Part shown: one piece after another, positions 25,143 to 39,944 of the stretch | How the letters are laid out: the number at the start of each line of letters is the position of its first letter | How positions within the stretch are numbered: position 1 is the first letter of the stretch | Assembly: GCA_903813345.2 (NCBI GenBank) | Contig: CAIIXF020000001.1 | Coordinates: forward strand, 33,294,001-33,358,000 | DNA length: 64,000 nucleotides | DNA from: Owenia fusiformis | Taxonomy: Eukaryota | Direction: 5' to 3' | Notes under the pieces: generated by a model | What the model saw: the letters and a program-made list of their open reading frames with translations, nothing else | The model's database searches: none | What the model was told of the DNA's origin: nothing | Translations under genes and position numbers: made by a program

Positions 25143-28100
25143 AATCTTGATATCTAGTTATTTATTAGACTCCAGATTGAAAATCTGGAGTCTATTGTTT
25201 TTGCCATTATTCTTATTATTAGACTCCAGATTGAAAATCTGGAGTCTATTGCTTTTGCCAGTTTTCTTATTATTAGACTCCAGATTGACTCTTATTAGAT
25301 TCCAGATTGAAAATCTGGAGTCTATTGCTTTTGCCAGTTTTCTTCTTATTATTATTATTCTTTCTTTCCGCGTTTTCTCAGCAACTAGAGGGACTTTCTA
25401 AAATCTGCTTACAAAGTTAAAAAGGTAATGAGACCTAGTTTCCCGGAAATTAGGTCAAATTTTTATCTAGGTCAAAATCTAGGTCAAATTATCATTTTGT
25501 GAATTATCTTTGTTATTTTTCAATATTTTTTCAAAATTTTTTTTTTAACGTGTAGCCAAGAAAAAGACGATTCGACAGTGAGTTATCAGTTTTTTGATTT
25601 CTTCTACCGATTTTGAGATATTGCGTCCGGAAAGTAGGTCAAACGAAAAAGTTCTCCAAATTCAACGTATGAGTCATTAAATAAGTGAAAGATTTCCTCA
25701 GGAATCCTAATCTGCAAACCAAATTTTGATCTGACTTCCGGTTCGGAAGCTATAGCGTTTTGAAATCGCTAAATTTGGTGCCCATGTTAAGCCAATGGGA
25801 AAAAAGACTTTTTCGAAGTGTAAAATACAAGATATAGACTGAGCACAGCTTAACATAATGAATGCCTATAAAAGAAGGGGACCTCAAAAGCTACCAAGCT
25901 TCAAAATTTGGACACCAAAATGCCTAGGTCAAAATCTAGGTCAAATTCATAGTTTTTCCTTATTTTTACGATTCTGACACTACACTTTAATAATTTGCTT
26001 CAAAATTTGGTATACAGGTAGCAAAGAGTGTGCTAATAGTGAGAGCCTTTTGCCGTCAGAAAGTATTTTGACCCACTTTTGAGATATGGTGTCCGTAAAG
26101 TAGGTCAAAATAAAAATTTCTCATAATTTAACTTATGAGTTATGAATTAAGGGTAGAATTTTCTCAGGAATCCGAATCTGCAAACCAAATTTCAATCCGA
26201 CTTTTCGTTGGGAAGTTATGGCGTTTTGAAAGCTCAAAAATCGCTAATTTTGGTGCCCCATGTTATGTCAATGAGAAAAAAGATTTTTTTGAAGTGTAAA
26301 ATACCAGATAAAGACTGATCTCAGCTACTTACTCAGCTACCTACTCAGCTACTTACTCAGCTACCTGCTCAGCTGCTTACTCAGCTACCTACTCAGCTAC
26401 TTACTCAATTACTTAATCATCTACTTACTCAGCTTCCTACTCAGTTACTTACTCAGCTCTTTACTCAAGTAAATCAATCTGGAGTCTTAAATTGAACTTT
26501 GTTCAATTTACAAATCTAGTTATTAGACTCCAGATGTAAATCTGGAGTCTATTGTTTTCGTCAGTATTCTTTATTAGACTCCAGATGTAAATCTGGAGTC
26601 TATTGTTTTCGTCAGTATTATTATTATTCTTTATTATTTTTCTTTCCCAGTTTTCTCGATAACCATAAGGTTTCCAATAAAGATCATTATTCAGTCAATT
26701 TATGTCCAGTATCTAGTTCCTCGGAAATTGGGTCAAATTTTTATCTAGGTCAGAGGTCAAGAACTAGGTCAAATCTTACATTTTCAACATTCTGTCATTT
26801 ATTTTCGTCGTTGTTTATCGTAACTCCTAAATCTTTTTCTGATCATGTAGCTTAGAAACAGCCCTTTCATAAGTGTGCCATCCGTTTTTTGATTACTCTT
26901 ACCGATTTTGAAATATGGCGTCCAGAAAGTAGGTCAAAATAACAAGTTCTCCAAATTTAACATCTGAGTTATGAATTAAGGGTAGAATTTACTCAGGAAT
27001 CCGAATCTGCAAACCAAATTTCGATCCGACTTCTGGTTCGGAAGTAATGGCGTTTTAAAAGCTCAAAAATCGCTAAATTTGGTGCCCATGTTAAGTCAAT
27101 GGGAAAAATGATTTTTTTGAAGTGAAAAATACGAAATATAGACTGAGTTCAGCTAAATTTAATGAAAGCTTTTAAAAGAAGGGGACCTAAAAAGCCATCT
27201 GGCTTCAAAATTTGGACACCAAAATGCCTAGGTCAAAATCTAGGTCAAATCCAAAGGTTTTCCTTATTTTTGCGATTCTGACACTACACTTCAATAATAT
27301 TCTTCGAAATTGAGTATACATGTAGCCAAGAGTGTGCTAATAGTGTTAGCCTTTTGCCGTCAGAAAGTATTTTGACCCACTTTTGAGATATGGTGTCCGA
27401 AATGTAGGTCAAAATAAAAAGTTCTCCAAATTTGTCGTCTGAGTTATGAATTAGGTGTAGAATTTCCTCAGGAATCCAAATCTGCAAACCAAATTTCAAT
27501 CGGACCTACGGTTCCGAAGTAATGGGGTGTCCAAAAAGTAGGTCAAAATAAAAATTCGCCAAATTTAACGTATGAGTTATGAATTAGGGGTAGATTTTTA
27601 TCAGGAATCCGAATCTGCAAACTAAATTTCGATCCGACTTCCGGTTCCGAAGTTATAGCGTGTCCGAAAAGTAGGTCAAAATAAAAATTCGCTAAATTTA
27701 ACGTATGAGTTATGAATTAGGGGTAGAATTTTGTCAGGAATCCGAATCTTTAAATCAAATTTCGATCCGACTTCCAGGTTTGGAAGTTATGGTGTTTTGA
27801 AATTTTGGAAAATCGATCTGATGGTATCCTGATAGAAAGTCAAGAATAGAGAAGAAAATATTGAAAAATTCATCTATCCTTCCTATCTGATCTTATCCTA
27901 TCCTATCCTTCCTATCTATCCTTCCTTCGTATCTTTTCCTTCCGTTTCGTTCCTATCCTCTCCTATCATATCCTTTCTTCCTAATCTGTTCTATCCTATC
28001 CCTCTTTCTTATTCTATCCCATCGTTCCTTCCTATTCTATCCTATCCTACCTTCCTATTTTATCCATCCATCTTTTTCTGGATGACTCAGCTTATTCTGG

Positions 28101-31100
28101 ATGACTTGGCTTATTCTGGATGACTCGGCTAAAAAAGGTCTAGATCTGGAGTCTGAAATTGAACTTTGTTCAATTTCCAAAGTCTAGTTATTATTATTCT
28201 TTCAGAATCTTCCTCCTTCCCAGATTTCTCACCAACTAAAAGAATTTAATTTAAGCTGCTTACATGATACTAGGGGCAGTTCCTGGGATGATGGGAAATT
28301 AGGTCAAATTTTTATCTAGGTCAAGGGTCAAGAACTAGGTCAAATCAAGGTCAAATCAACATTCTGTCAATTATCTTCGTTGTTGTTTGTCGTAACTACT
28401 TCATCTTAGTTTCTACATGTAGCTTAGAAAAAAACAAATCGAGAGTGTGCCATCCGTTTTTTGATTACTCTTAGCGATTTTAAGATATGGCGTCCTGAAA
28501 GTAGGTCAAAACCAAAAAGTTCTCCAAATTTAACATATGAGCTATGAAATAAGGGTAGAATTTTCTCAGGAATCCGAATCTGCAAACCAAATTTTGATCC
28601 GACTTCCCGTTCGGAAGTTATGGCGTTTTGAAAGCTCAAAAATCGCTAAATTTGGTGCCCATGTTAAGTCAATGAGAAAAAAGATTTTTTTGAAGTGAAA
28701 AATACGAAATATAGACTGAGTTCAGCTAAATATAATGAAAGCTTTTAAAAGAAGGGGACCTCATAAGCCATCTAGCTTCAAAATTTGGACACCAAAATGC
28801 CTAGGTCAAAATCTAGGTCAAATTCAAAGTTTTTCCTTATTTTTGCGATTCTGACACAACAGATTAATTATATTCTTCGAAATTTTGTATACATGTAGCT
28901 AAGAGTCTGCTAATAGTGTTAGCCTTTTGCCGTCAGAAAGTATTTTGCCCCATTTTTGAGATATGGTGTCCGAAAAGTAGGTCAAAATAAAAAATTCTCA
29001 ACATTTGACGTTTGAGTTATGAATTAAGTATAGAATTTTCTCAGGAATCCGAATCTGCAAACCAAATTTCGATCCGACTTTCGGTTTGGAAGTTATGGCG
29101 TGTCAGAAAAGTAGGTCAAAATAAAAAGTTTCCAAATTTAACGTATGAGCTATGAATTAAGGATAGAATTTTCTCTGGAATATAAATCTGCAAACCAAAT
29201 TTCGATCCGACTTCCGATTCGGAAGTTATGGCGTTTTGAAAGCTCAAAAATCGCTAAATTTGGTGCCCCATGTTATGTCAATGGGAAAAAATATTTTTTT
29301 GAAGTGTAGAATACGAGATATAGACTAAGTACAGCTAAACATAATGGAAGCCCATAAAAGAAGGGGACCTCAAAACCTTCTAATTTTGAAAATTTGGACA
29401 ACAAAATGCCTAGGTCAAAATCTAGGTCAAATTCAAAGCTTTTCCTTATTTTTGCGATTCTGACACTACACTTTAATTATATTCTTCAAAATTGTGTATA
29501 CATGTAGCCAAGAGTGTGCTAATAGTGTTAGCCTTTTGCCGTCAAAAAGTATTTTGACCCACTTTTGAGATATGGTGTCCCAAAAGTAGGTCAAAATAAA
29601 AAAATCTTCAAATGTAACGTATGAGTTATGAATAAGGGGTAGAATTTTATCAGGAATCAGAATCTGCAAATCAAATTTTGATTCGACCTACTGTTCGGAA
29701 GTTATGGTGTTTTGAAAGCTCAAAAATCGCTAAATTTGCTGCCCCATGTTATGTCAATGGGAAAAAAGATTTTTTTGAAGTGTAAAATACGAGATATAGA
29801 CTGAGTACAGCTTAATATAATGAAAGCCTATTAAAGAAGGGGACCTCAAAGGCTACTTAGCTTCAAAATTTGGACACCAAAATGCCTAGGTCAAAATCAA
29901 GGTCAAATTTATGGTTTTCCCTTATTTTTGCGATTCTGACACTATATTTAAATGATTTGCTTTAAAATTTTGTATACAGGTAGCAGAGAGTATGCTAATA
30001 GTGTTAGCGTTTTGCCGTCAGAAAGTATTTTGACCCACTTTTGAGATATGGTGTCCGAAAAGTTGGCCAAAGTTAAAAATTTTCCAAATTTTAATGTATG
30101 AGTTATGAATTAAGGGTAGAATTTTCTCAGAAATCTAGATCTGCAAACCAAATTTCGATCCGACTACTTGTTTTGAAGTTATGGCGTTTTGAAATCTCAA
30201 AAATCGCTAAATTTGGTGCCCCATGTTAAATCAATGGGACCGAATAATTTTTTGAAGTATAAAAATACGAGATATAGAATGAGTGCAGCTAAACATAATG
30301 AAAGCCCATAGAAGAAGGGGACCTCAAAAGCTACTTTCCTTCAAAGTTTGGACACCAAAATACCTAGTTCAAAATCTAGGTAAAATTCATATTTTTTTTT
30401 ATTTTGCGATTCTGACACTACACTTCAATGATATTCTCCGAAATTTTGTAAACTTGTAGCAAAGAGTGTGCTAATAATGTTAACATTTTGCCGTCAATAA
30501 GTTTTTTGACCCACTTTTGAGATATGGTGTCCGAAATGTAGGTCAAAATAAAAAGTTCTCCAATTTTAAAGTATGCGTTATGAATTAGGGGTAGAATTTC
30601 CTCAGGAATCTGGATCTGAAATTAAAATTGCAATCCGACCACCGGTTTAGATTCTACGCCATTTTGAAGTTTGAAATTCGCACTTGCCAGTATTCACGAT
30701 GCAGATTGATCAAATATACTTTCAAAAATTCCTGCATACCCTACTTTACCTCTCTACTTAGCAACTTACTCAGCTACTAACTCAGGTACTTACTCAGCTA
30801 CTTACTCAGCTACCTACTCAGCTTTTTACTCAGTTACTTACTCAGCTACTTACTCAACTACTACTAAGGTACTTACTCAGCTAATTACTCAGTTACTTAC
30901 TCAGCTCTTTACTGATCTATCTAGGTCAAATAAATCTGGAGTCTTAAATTGAACTTGTTCAATTTCACAAATCTAGTTATTATTATTCTTTATTATTCTT
31001 TCCCAGTTTTCTCGTTAACTAGAAGATATTGAGTCAAGTCTTATATATGGTCCATTTAGGTCCTAGATCTAGTTTCTCGGAAATTGGGTCAAATTTTTAT

Positions 31101-34100
31101 CTAGGTCAAAGGTCAAGAACTAGGTCAAATCTTACATTTTCAACATTCTGTCATTTATCTTCGTCGTTGTTTATCATAACTCCTAATTCTTTTTTTCATC
31201 ATGTAGCTTAGAAAAAGCCAAAGCAAAGATATGACATTAGATTTTTGATTACGCTTACCGATTTTCAAATATGGCGTCCATAAAGTAGGTCACAATAAAA
31301 AGTTCTCCAAATTTAACATATGATATCCTTATAGAAAGTCAAGAGTAGCGAAGAAAATATAGAAAAAATCATCCATCCTTCCTTCCTATCCTGTCTGATC
31401 ATATCCTTCCTATCTATCCTTCTTTCCTATCCTTTCCTTCCTATCCTATCCTTCCTTCCTATTCTATATCCTATCCTATCCTAGAACTGGGTCAAATCTT
31501 ACATTTTCAACCTTCTGTCTATTATCTTCGTCGTTATTTATCGAAACGTCTTCATCTTTTTTTCATCATGTAGCTTAGAAACGGCCCTTTCATAGATATG
31601 CCATCCGTTTTTTGATTACTCTTACCGATTTTGAAATATGGCGTCCATGAAAGTATGTCAAAATAAAAAGTTCTCCAAATTCAAGGTATGAGTTATCAAT
31701 TAGGGGTAGAATTTTTTCAGGAATCCGAATCTGCAAACTAAATTTCGATCCGACTTCCGGTTCGGAAGTTATTGCGTTTTATAAGCTCAAAAATCGCTAA
31801 ATTTGGTGCCCATGTTAAGTCAATGGGAAAAAAAGATTTTTTTGAAGTGAGAAATACGAAATATAGACTGAGTTCAGCTTAATTTAATGAAAGCCTTCAA
31901 AAGAAGGGGACCTTAAAAGCCAGTTAGTTTCAAAATTTGGACACCAAAATGCCTAGGTCAAAATCTAGGTCAAATTCAAAGGTTTTCCTTATTTTTGCGT
32001 TTCTGACACTACACTTCAATTATATTCTTCGAAATTGTGTATACATGTAGCCAAGAGTGTGCTCATAGTGTAAGCCTTTTGCCGTCAGAAAGTATTTTGA
32101 CCCACTTTTGAGATATGGTGTCCGAAAAGTAGGTCAAAATAAAAAAATCTCAAAATTTAACGTATGAGTTATGAATTAGGTGTAGAATTTTGTCAGGAAT
32201 CCGAATGTGCAATTTAAATTTCGATCCGACTTCCGGTTCGGAAGTTATGGCGTGTCCAAAAAGTAGGTCAAAATAAAAAGTTTCCAAATTTAACGTATGA
32301 GTTATGAATTAGGGGTAGAATTTTGTCAGGAATCCGAATCTGCAAACCAAATTTGAATCTGACTGCCGGTTTGGAAGTTATGGCGTTTTGAAATCGATCT
32401 GATTGTATCCTGATAGAAAGTCAAGAGTAGAGAAGAAAATATTGAAAAATTCATCCATCCTTCCTATCTGATCCTATCCTATCCTTCCTATCTATCCTTC
32501 CTTCGTATCTTTTCATTCCTATCCTATCATATCCTTTCTTCTTATTCTATCCTATCCTTCTTTCTTATTCTATCCTATCATTCCTTCCTATTCTATCCTA
32601 TCCTACCTTTCTATTTTATTCATCCATCTTTTTTTGGATGACTCAGCTTATTCTGGATGACTCGGCTTATTCTGGATGACTCGGCTAAAAAAGGTCTTAA
32701 TCTGGAGTCTGAAATTGAACTTGTTCAATTTCCAAAGTCTAGTTATTCTTTCTTTCTTTCCGTACACGTTTTCTCAGCAACTAGAAGAGCTTACTTTAAC
32801 CTACTTACATGGCTAACATAGCCCATCGACCTAGTTTCTGGGAAATTAGGTCAACTTTTTATCTAGGTCAAAGGTTAAGAACTAGGTCAAATCTTACATT
32901 TTTAACATTCTGTCAATTATCTTCGTCATTATTTATCCAAACACCTAGTTGTACATCTCATTGTGTAGCTTAGAAAAAAGCAAATCGAGAGTGTGCCATC
33001 CGTTTTTTGATTACTCTTACCGATTTTGAGATATGGCGTCCGGAAAGTAGGTCAAACTAAAAAGTTAACCAAATTTAACATATGAGCTATGAAATAAGTG
33101 TAGAATTTTCTCAGGAATCTGAATCTGCAAACCAAATTCCGATCCGACTTCCAATTCGGAAGTTATGGCGTTTTGAAAACTCAAAAATCGCTTGGTGCCC
33201 ATGTTAAGTCAATGGGAAAAAAAGATTTTTTTGAAGTGAAAAATATGGAATATAGACTGAGTTCAGCTAAATATAATGAAACTTTTAAAAGAATGGAACC
33301 TCAAAAGCCATCTAGCTTCAAAATTTGGACACTAAAATGCCTTAGTCAAAATCTAGGTCAAATTCAAACTTTTTCCTTATTTTTGCGATTCTGACACTAC
33401 ACTTTAATTATATTCTTCGAAATTGTGTATACATGTAGCAAAGAGTGTGCTTATAGTGTTACCTTTTGCCGTCAGAGAGTATTTTGACCCACTTTTGAGA
33501 TATGGTGTCCGAAAAGTAGGTCAAAATAAAAAGTTCTCCAAATTTAACATATTAGTTATGAATTAAGGGTAGAATTTTCTCAGGAATCCGAATCTGCAAA
33601 CCAAATTTCGATCAGACTTCTGGTTTAAAAGTTATAACGTTTTTAAATTTCAAGAAAAATCAATCTGATGGTATCCAGATAGAAAGTCAAGAGTAGTGAA
33701 GAAAATGTTGAAAAATCCATCCATTCTTCCATCCATCCTTCCTATCTTATCCTTTCTATCTATCCTTCCTTCCTATCTTTCTTTCTTTCCTATCTTTCCT
33801 TCTTTCATATCTTTTTCTTCCTATCCTATCCTTCCTTATTCTATCCTATCCTTCTTTCCTATTCTACCCTATTCTATGCTATCGTTCCTTCCTATTCTAT
33901 CCTATCCTTCCCATCTTATCCCACCTTATCCTATCCTTCCTATCTATCCTTCCTATCATTTCCTTCCTATCACATCCTTCCTTGCTATTCTATCCTATCG
34001 TTCCTTCCTATTCTATCCTATCCCTCCTTCCTATTTCATCCATCCATCCATCTTTTTCTGGATGACTTGGCTTATTCTGGATGACTCAGCTTAAAAAAGT

Positions 34101-34700
34101 CTGAATCTGGAGTCTGAAATTGAACTTGTTCAATTTCCAAAGTCTAGTTTATTATTCTTTTTAGCACTTTTTCTCCAACTTTCAGCTAGATCTGAGTTAT
34201 CTCATATATGGTCCTATGAGGCACCTCGGCTGGACTTGTCAGGAAATAAGTTCATATCTAGGTCAAGGTCAAAGGTCAAAATTTAGGTCAAATAAAAGTT
34301 TTTCAAAATTTGTCCTTATAACACCCTTGGTATACGCAGCTCACGAAAATTGACCGGTACGGGTCAAAAGCTGGACCGGTACGGGTTAACGGTTTTATTT
34401 GAATTTAAAACAGCCATAACTTGCTCAATATTGACTTCCTCGTGTCTAATTTGAAATATATGATGCCTCCCGATGCTTTTAAGTACCCCAATTTTTTACA
34501 GATTTTTAAACGGACCAAAACTCTCTAAATGCGCATTTATGCTCTTTTCTCTCGAGAACGACTGTCTCATTTTCATGATAACTTTTATTTAGTACTTATA
34601 ACATATAAGATCTATTTTTCCCCATCAAGGTATGATGTAAATGACATGCTATTTACATCTTGTGAGTTTCAATGACGCGCGTTTGATTTTATAAAAAATG
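25143..34700 (+). mobile_element. Self-nested stack of HINE family D elements forming a satellite-like array (~477-bp unit, ~122-bp subunit)
   Basis: Left-end hairpin TAGACTCCAGAT..ATCTGGAGTCTA at ~25146, 25220, 25273 (partial), 25296, 26524 and 26574. Right end ATCTGGAGTC..AAATTGAAC(T)TTGTTCAATTT..TCTAG at ~26519, 28187, 30976, 32742 and 34146. Internal (TTACTCAGCTAC)n and (TATCC)n tracts. Confidence 0.85.
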
Positions 34701-34804
34701 CCAAACTTTGTGACAAAGAATTTCATCAGCTATTGCCCCGAACCGGTCCGTCTTCTCTCTGCAAGCAGATTGCCCCGAACCGGTCCGTCTTCTCGCTGCA
34801 AGCA

Positions 34805-35815
34805 GGATGAAAATCACTATCAAGAAGATTGGTGTCATCAGCAAACATAATACATTTTAGATTAGGGGCAACAAAAGGCAGATCATTTATGTAAAGAATA
34901 AATAATAGTGGTCCAAGTACCGAGCCCTGCGGAACACCACAATTTAGAGATGATTGTTTAGATTCATAATTGTTAATGATGACATATTGTTTGCGGTCTT
35001 TTAAATAACTTTCAAACCAGGACTTAGCTATTCCTCAGATGCCATAATATTCAAGTTTTTCTATCAAAATGTCATGATTAACTGTGTCAAAGGCCTTGGA
35101 AAAATCTAATGTTATGCCAATGCTCATTTTCCCCAAATCAATTGATTTTCGAATTTGTTCAATGAAATATAAAATGGCCATGTAGGTAGAATTGAATTTC
35201 TGAAATCCAAATTGATAAGTAAAAATAATTTCAAAACGTTCTAAAAAACCAGTGAGTTTGGCGTGCATGAGCTTTTCTAACAATTTAGAAAATACCAATA
35301 AAACTGAAATTGGTCTATAGTTAGAATGATTTGTAGTGACACCTTTTTTAAATACAGGTGTTACTTTGGCAAGTTTGAGGGCGTCTGGGAAAATACCAGA
35401 CTTAAAAGATAAGTTAAATATATACAAAAGTGGATCAATTAAAAACTGTCTTGCAGACTTAATAAGTGATGGTAGAATCCCATCAGGTCCAGGCTAGGAA
35501 GATTTTAGAAGACACATTTCTAATTCAAGCTCAGTTTTTGAGGTCTTTTTGAGATAAATAGATGATTGAACTTTTTGAGCTCTTGCTAGGTATTCATTAA
35601 AGCATTTTTTGGATTTTGGAATCTCCTTGGCTAGATTTTTACCAATATTGGTAAAAAAATGATTAAATCCATTAGAAATGATTTCATGATCTGCTGTTTC
35701 CTTTCCATTAATAGTGAATTTAGATGGCAATGCAGCTCTTTTGTTTTTTCCAAGTAGTTCATTAATGATAGACCAAGACTTTTTAATGTTGCCACTTACT
35801 TCGGCAAACTGATAT
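34805..35815 (-). pseudogene. CR1/L2-type LINE reverse-transcriptase fragment
   Basis: FNHFFTNIG (35494-35730). FPDALKLAKVTPVFKKG..NYRPISVL..QFGF..LDFSKAFDTVNHDIL (35035-35427). Past an in-frame TGA: WFESYLKDRKQYV..CGVPQGSVLGPLLFILYINDL..MFADDTNL. Confidence 0.93.
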
Positions 35816-37494
35816 ACATTTATAGTGGTTGTTGGGATTTTCTACTCCGTGTAGTTGCTGATCGCGAGTATTTATTTTGTATTACCAAATCTGCTTGGTA
35901 AGTAATCTTTAAGCTCTGTTCCTGATGAATTCATAATTGAGAAAGAAGCTTGCATAAGCACGTAACTAATTGAAATGTCAACCTGCATGTATTGAAAACA
36001 AAACTGTGTTAATGTATTATAAATCGATGATGCTTAAATGATGTGTCTGTATTATCTTTACTGCCAGCTTGAAATAACTGCCAGCTACATGTAATCTATC
36101 TTAAGTAAAGACAAAAAGGTCAACATTGTTTTGAAATAAGTCCCTTTGATTTTGTGCAAGTATTCTTTATATTAGCAATGAAGCTTTGGGTATATTGGTT
36201 TAATTCTCCTATCTTTTTTATGCTGCATGACTCAAGTCTTAATAGGGCCATGAAATTACCTTTCAGCTTAGTTATTTCATCGATTGATTTTCAAAGGATA
36301 AATAGAGAAAGCCTCCATTCATCTGTCTACACAGAGAGAGCTCCATCAGTCTGCCTGTTGGATGCTACTTTATCTTACAGACATATGTCTAATAACACCC
36401 CATCCAGACAGATCGCCTAAAATTACATTTGTATGATGCGAGACCAGGACATTCAACAGGAAACCAGAAACATTTTGTCACCAATGTAGGAATTTTTTTT
36501 TTACTGCTTAATAAATAAATGAATGAATGTCGCATTAAGTTCTTATGTATGAGAATAGCATGACTTTTTGATATTTCAAGGTAACTTGTTTGAAAAGTGA
36601 TGGCAGTTATAGGTTTCTTTGAAAAACTAAGAAATAGGTATTAGTTGTGCATTTGTTCCAGTTTCATCATCATTGTTCATTTAGTTATCCATTTTCTTAA
36701 GCTTCAAATTTCTTTTCAATATATCCATTGAATCTTTCTACCTTTTGTGCTTGCCTGTTTGTTTTGATCTTTTTTTTACCTAGAATTCATTCTAATCTGA
36801 ATCATGATGGCATTATATCCTGGGCTGTAATTCAATATGGGTCAGTTTTTTTGTAAAGGTTTTACATAGGACATACATTCATTAACTCCTTGGAGACTGG
36901 CAACTTTTTGGAAAAATGAAGAAAATAAAAAAGTTATTTATAAAACTATCTAGAAGCAAGAGAAGGAAGCAAGGCCCAATAAATTATATAGACCCATATT
37001 TTATGGGGTTTTTTCTTGAAAAAATTGAATATGCAATAGAGTGTCATTGTGACATCATAATTCAAGATGGCGGATTTGGACTTTTTACAAAACAGAATTA
37101 TTTTAGCATTTTTTGTTTAAAACTTCAATTTAAAAATCTGAGCAGAACTACTTGTATAGATCTTAAATGCTGATCATTCTGTGATATTTGTACTGATGTA
37201 GCATAACTCCTACAAATACTTTTTAAAGCGCTTAGACAGAAAATTCCAGGAAAATCCCCATGGCGATTTGACATGGGATTTTTGTTTTTGTAATTTTTTG
37301 CAATTCGTTACGCCTTGGACCCCCTGTATCTTCATTAATATTATTCTCTGATCACAGTGCTTCAAAATTCAGAATATCTTTGCATTCTCTCCCCCTGCGA
37401 TAAGCAGTTAGCATTTCGCCAATTAAGGATTAGGTGAACTATGTGAACTAACTGTAAATTAAGTTTAAAATCTGACCAATCAGAATGTGCTCTT

Positions 37495-37810
37495 GATGTA
37501 AATTGGATGTATACTAAAGTGTAAACTGAGTGTAAACTTAGGTGTAAATTAGCTCATTTGCATGTGAAATTGGTCACCTATTTACTGGGTGTAAAGTAAG
37601 TGTAAACTGAGTGTAAACTTAAGTGAAAACTAAGTGCGAACTGGATGTAAAGTAGATGTAAACTTAAGTGTAAAGTGGGTGTATACTAAGGTATAAATTG
37701 AGTGTAAATTAAAGTGTAAATTAGCTCATTTGTATATGAAATTGGTCACCTATTTACTGGGTGTAAAGTAAGTATAAACTGAGTGTAAATTGTAGGTGTA
37801 AAGCCTTTGT
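37495..37810. repeat. Degenerate 11-12-bp minisatellite (GTGTAAACT core) with ~180-bp higher-order duplication
   Basis: Repeated GTGTAAA(C/G/T)T. GTGTAAATTAGCTCATTTG...TTGGTCACCTATTTACTGGGTGTAAAGTAAG occurs twice. Confidence 0.75.
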
Positions 37811-38705
37811 AAATTTTGATATGGGTCGACCTACATTTGCAATTTGACCTACTTTTACAGCATGACCTATTTTTAGAATATAACTGCAAAAAATGACAAA
37901 TATGGATGAAAGTCAAAAAGGTATAACTGCATGCATAGCAGATTTTATTGCACCCTTTGGGTGCTAGCTATATTGTGATCACTTTTCCAGGGGGTGGGGT
38001 GGATAGGCAGGTATTCCACTTAATTTCCAGAACTGTTTGACTTTTAACAGATGTAAAATAGAAATTGTCCAATGTCCATTGAAAGTCATATATACTGCAG
38101 GGGGTTTGTAGAGAAAACTGGGTACCGGGTAGTAAATCCTCCATGCTGGGTTCAAACTTGGTACACGGTACCTGGTCGAAAAAACTGGGTACTCAAAAAA
38201 CGAAAAATACGAATATATACATGTAACGTACATCATTAGAAAACGTGTAAGATTTGTTTTGAATTTACAAAAATGTATGTAACTTCCATCAAAATTGAGC
38301 TAGAAGCTTCAAGTAAAAAGCATTTTAAGGCTCTTTTCTTCCTCTATCATCATGGTCATATATTCATTGGTAACGCTCCCTGTTCAGATCTGTCAACGGG
38401 TGGGGGAGGTGTAAATATTAAATGCGTGATATATACACATATTTTGTACCAAATGTGTGACATAAACGGCAATCGCGTGCAAAGACCGAGCGAAATGCGT
38501 TTGCTTTTTTTCGCCGTTCGGTTTTTTACCGTGTCGGCATTTCACAAAAAACGATTTTTAAAAATATCAACAAAATGTGTGATTTGCGTGATATTTGATC
38601 ATACACGCTAAATTGATGCGTGATTTCTATTTTTCCAGCAAATGCGTGACAATCACGCCTAATGCGTGAGGGTTAGAATGCTAAGCCATATGCATATATA
38701 CAAAT

Positions 38706-39944
38706 GGGGTCAACCCAGTTGTCCGAAACCCAGTTGTCCGAAACCCAATTCTCCGAAACCCAGTTGTCCGAAACCCAGTTCTCCGAAAATTAGGGGATCT
38801 TATCAAAAAATACAATTTCTTAAAACGAATCTTGTCGTAACCTCTGCGAATCAGGACAGCATAACATTTGAATCACGTTGACATCATTGCAAAATTAGGC
38901 TAAATATGCTAAGTCAAGACGTTAATTAGCCCACGAAAGTTCATGGGTAACTTGAGAACTACAAAATACAACCAAATACTTTTCGAACGTACAATAGTAA
39001 TATTTCTCACCTAACGTCTTCATAGTTTTAGGAACGTATTTTAAACGCATGATAGCCAAGTATATCAAGATACTATATCTGCCTAAATGAAGTTATCTAG
39101 TGTTGACAAAGTTTTGAAATATATTTTATCCAGATCCATCAGAAATTAACTTATCCAATACATTACTTTACTAGTTCTAGTATCTTGCATGACTCGTTCA
39201 TAATAATTCTTTAATTCTACCTCGTTCCCAATACGTCCTCAGACAGACAAGAAATTGAAGTCACACCCGTTTGTTTGCGTGGCATATTTATACGTATATG
39301 CACTTTCTCTGATTATTGTCAAACAGATACATTTCAGGAGAAAAACATAAAAAACAAATGCCTGAAATGAATGCCGAAACATAAATCCCAAGTGATTAAG
39401 TTTAGAATGTTTTATTCTTTTATGATTTGATAAGAGACCGAGACTAAGAAATTAAATGCGACGAAATATTTTGACAACGTAATTTGTATACTGTTTTATT
39501 CTTAAAGTTCTATGCGATAACTTATTTTATCTGTTTCAAAATGTTTCATTTTATTTTGCCGATATAAAAGAGATTGAAGAAGATAAGATAAACTGTTCCG
39601 TAATATATATTGTGTTTTAATAACCTTTTTTAGAATCACAATGTAAAATAAATCTCCCGTTCTTGCCATTCTGGTAACGCCATGCAATGGATGCAATTCA
39701 AAGTGAGAGAGAGATCTATGAATATCAGAATTGCGTCCATGCCATTAATTTGGCCAAATACATGGCATGAAACTGACGTAAGCTTAAGTAAGCTACGCCC
39801 CCCCCTTTCTCTGGTAAATTATGACTTTATTTTTCGGAGTAATGGGTTTCGGACAACTGGGTTTCGGGGAATTGGGTTTCGGACAACTGGGTTTCGGAGA
39901 ACTGGGTTTCGGACAACTGGGTTTCGGAGAACTGGGGTGTACCC
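38706..39944. mobile_element. Mutator-like non-autonomous element with inverted subterminal 15-bp tandem arrays
   Basis: (CCCAGTTGTCCGAAA)x5 at left and its inverse x~6 at right. Flanks TATACAAAT/TACACAAAT form a 9-bp TSD with one mismatch. Confidence 0.8.

Noticed and set aside
33696..34094. 132-aa hydrophobic ORF as a membrane protein
   Set aside because: It is the translation of a (TATCC/TTCC)n pyrimidine tract inside HINE D.
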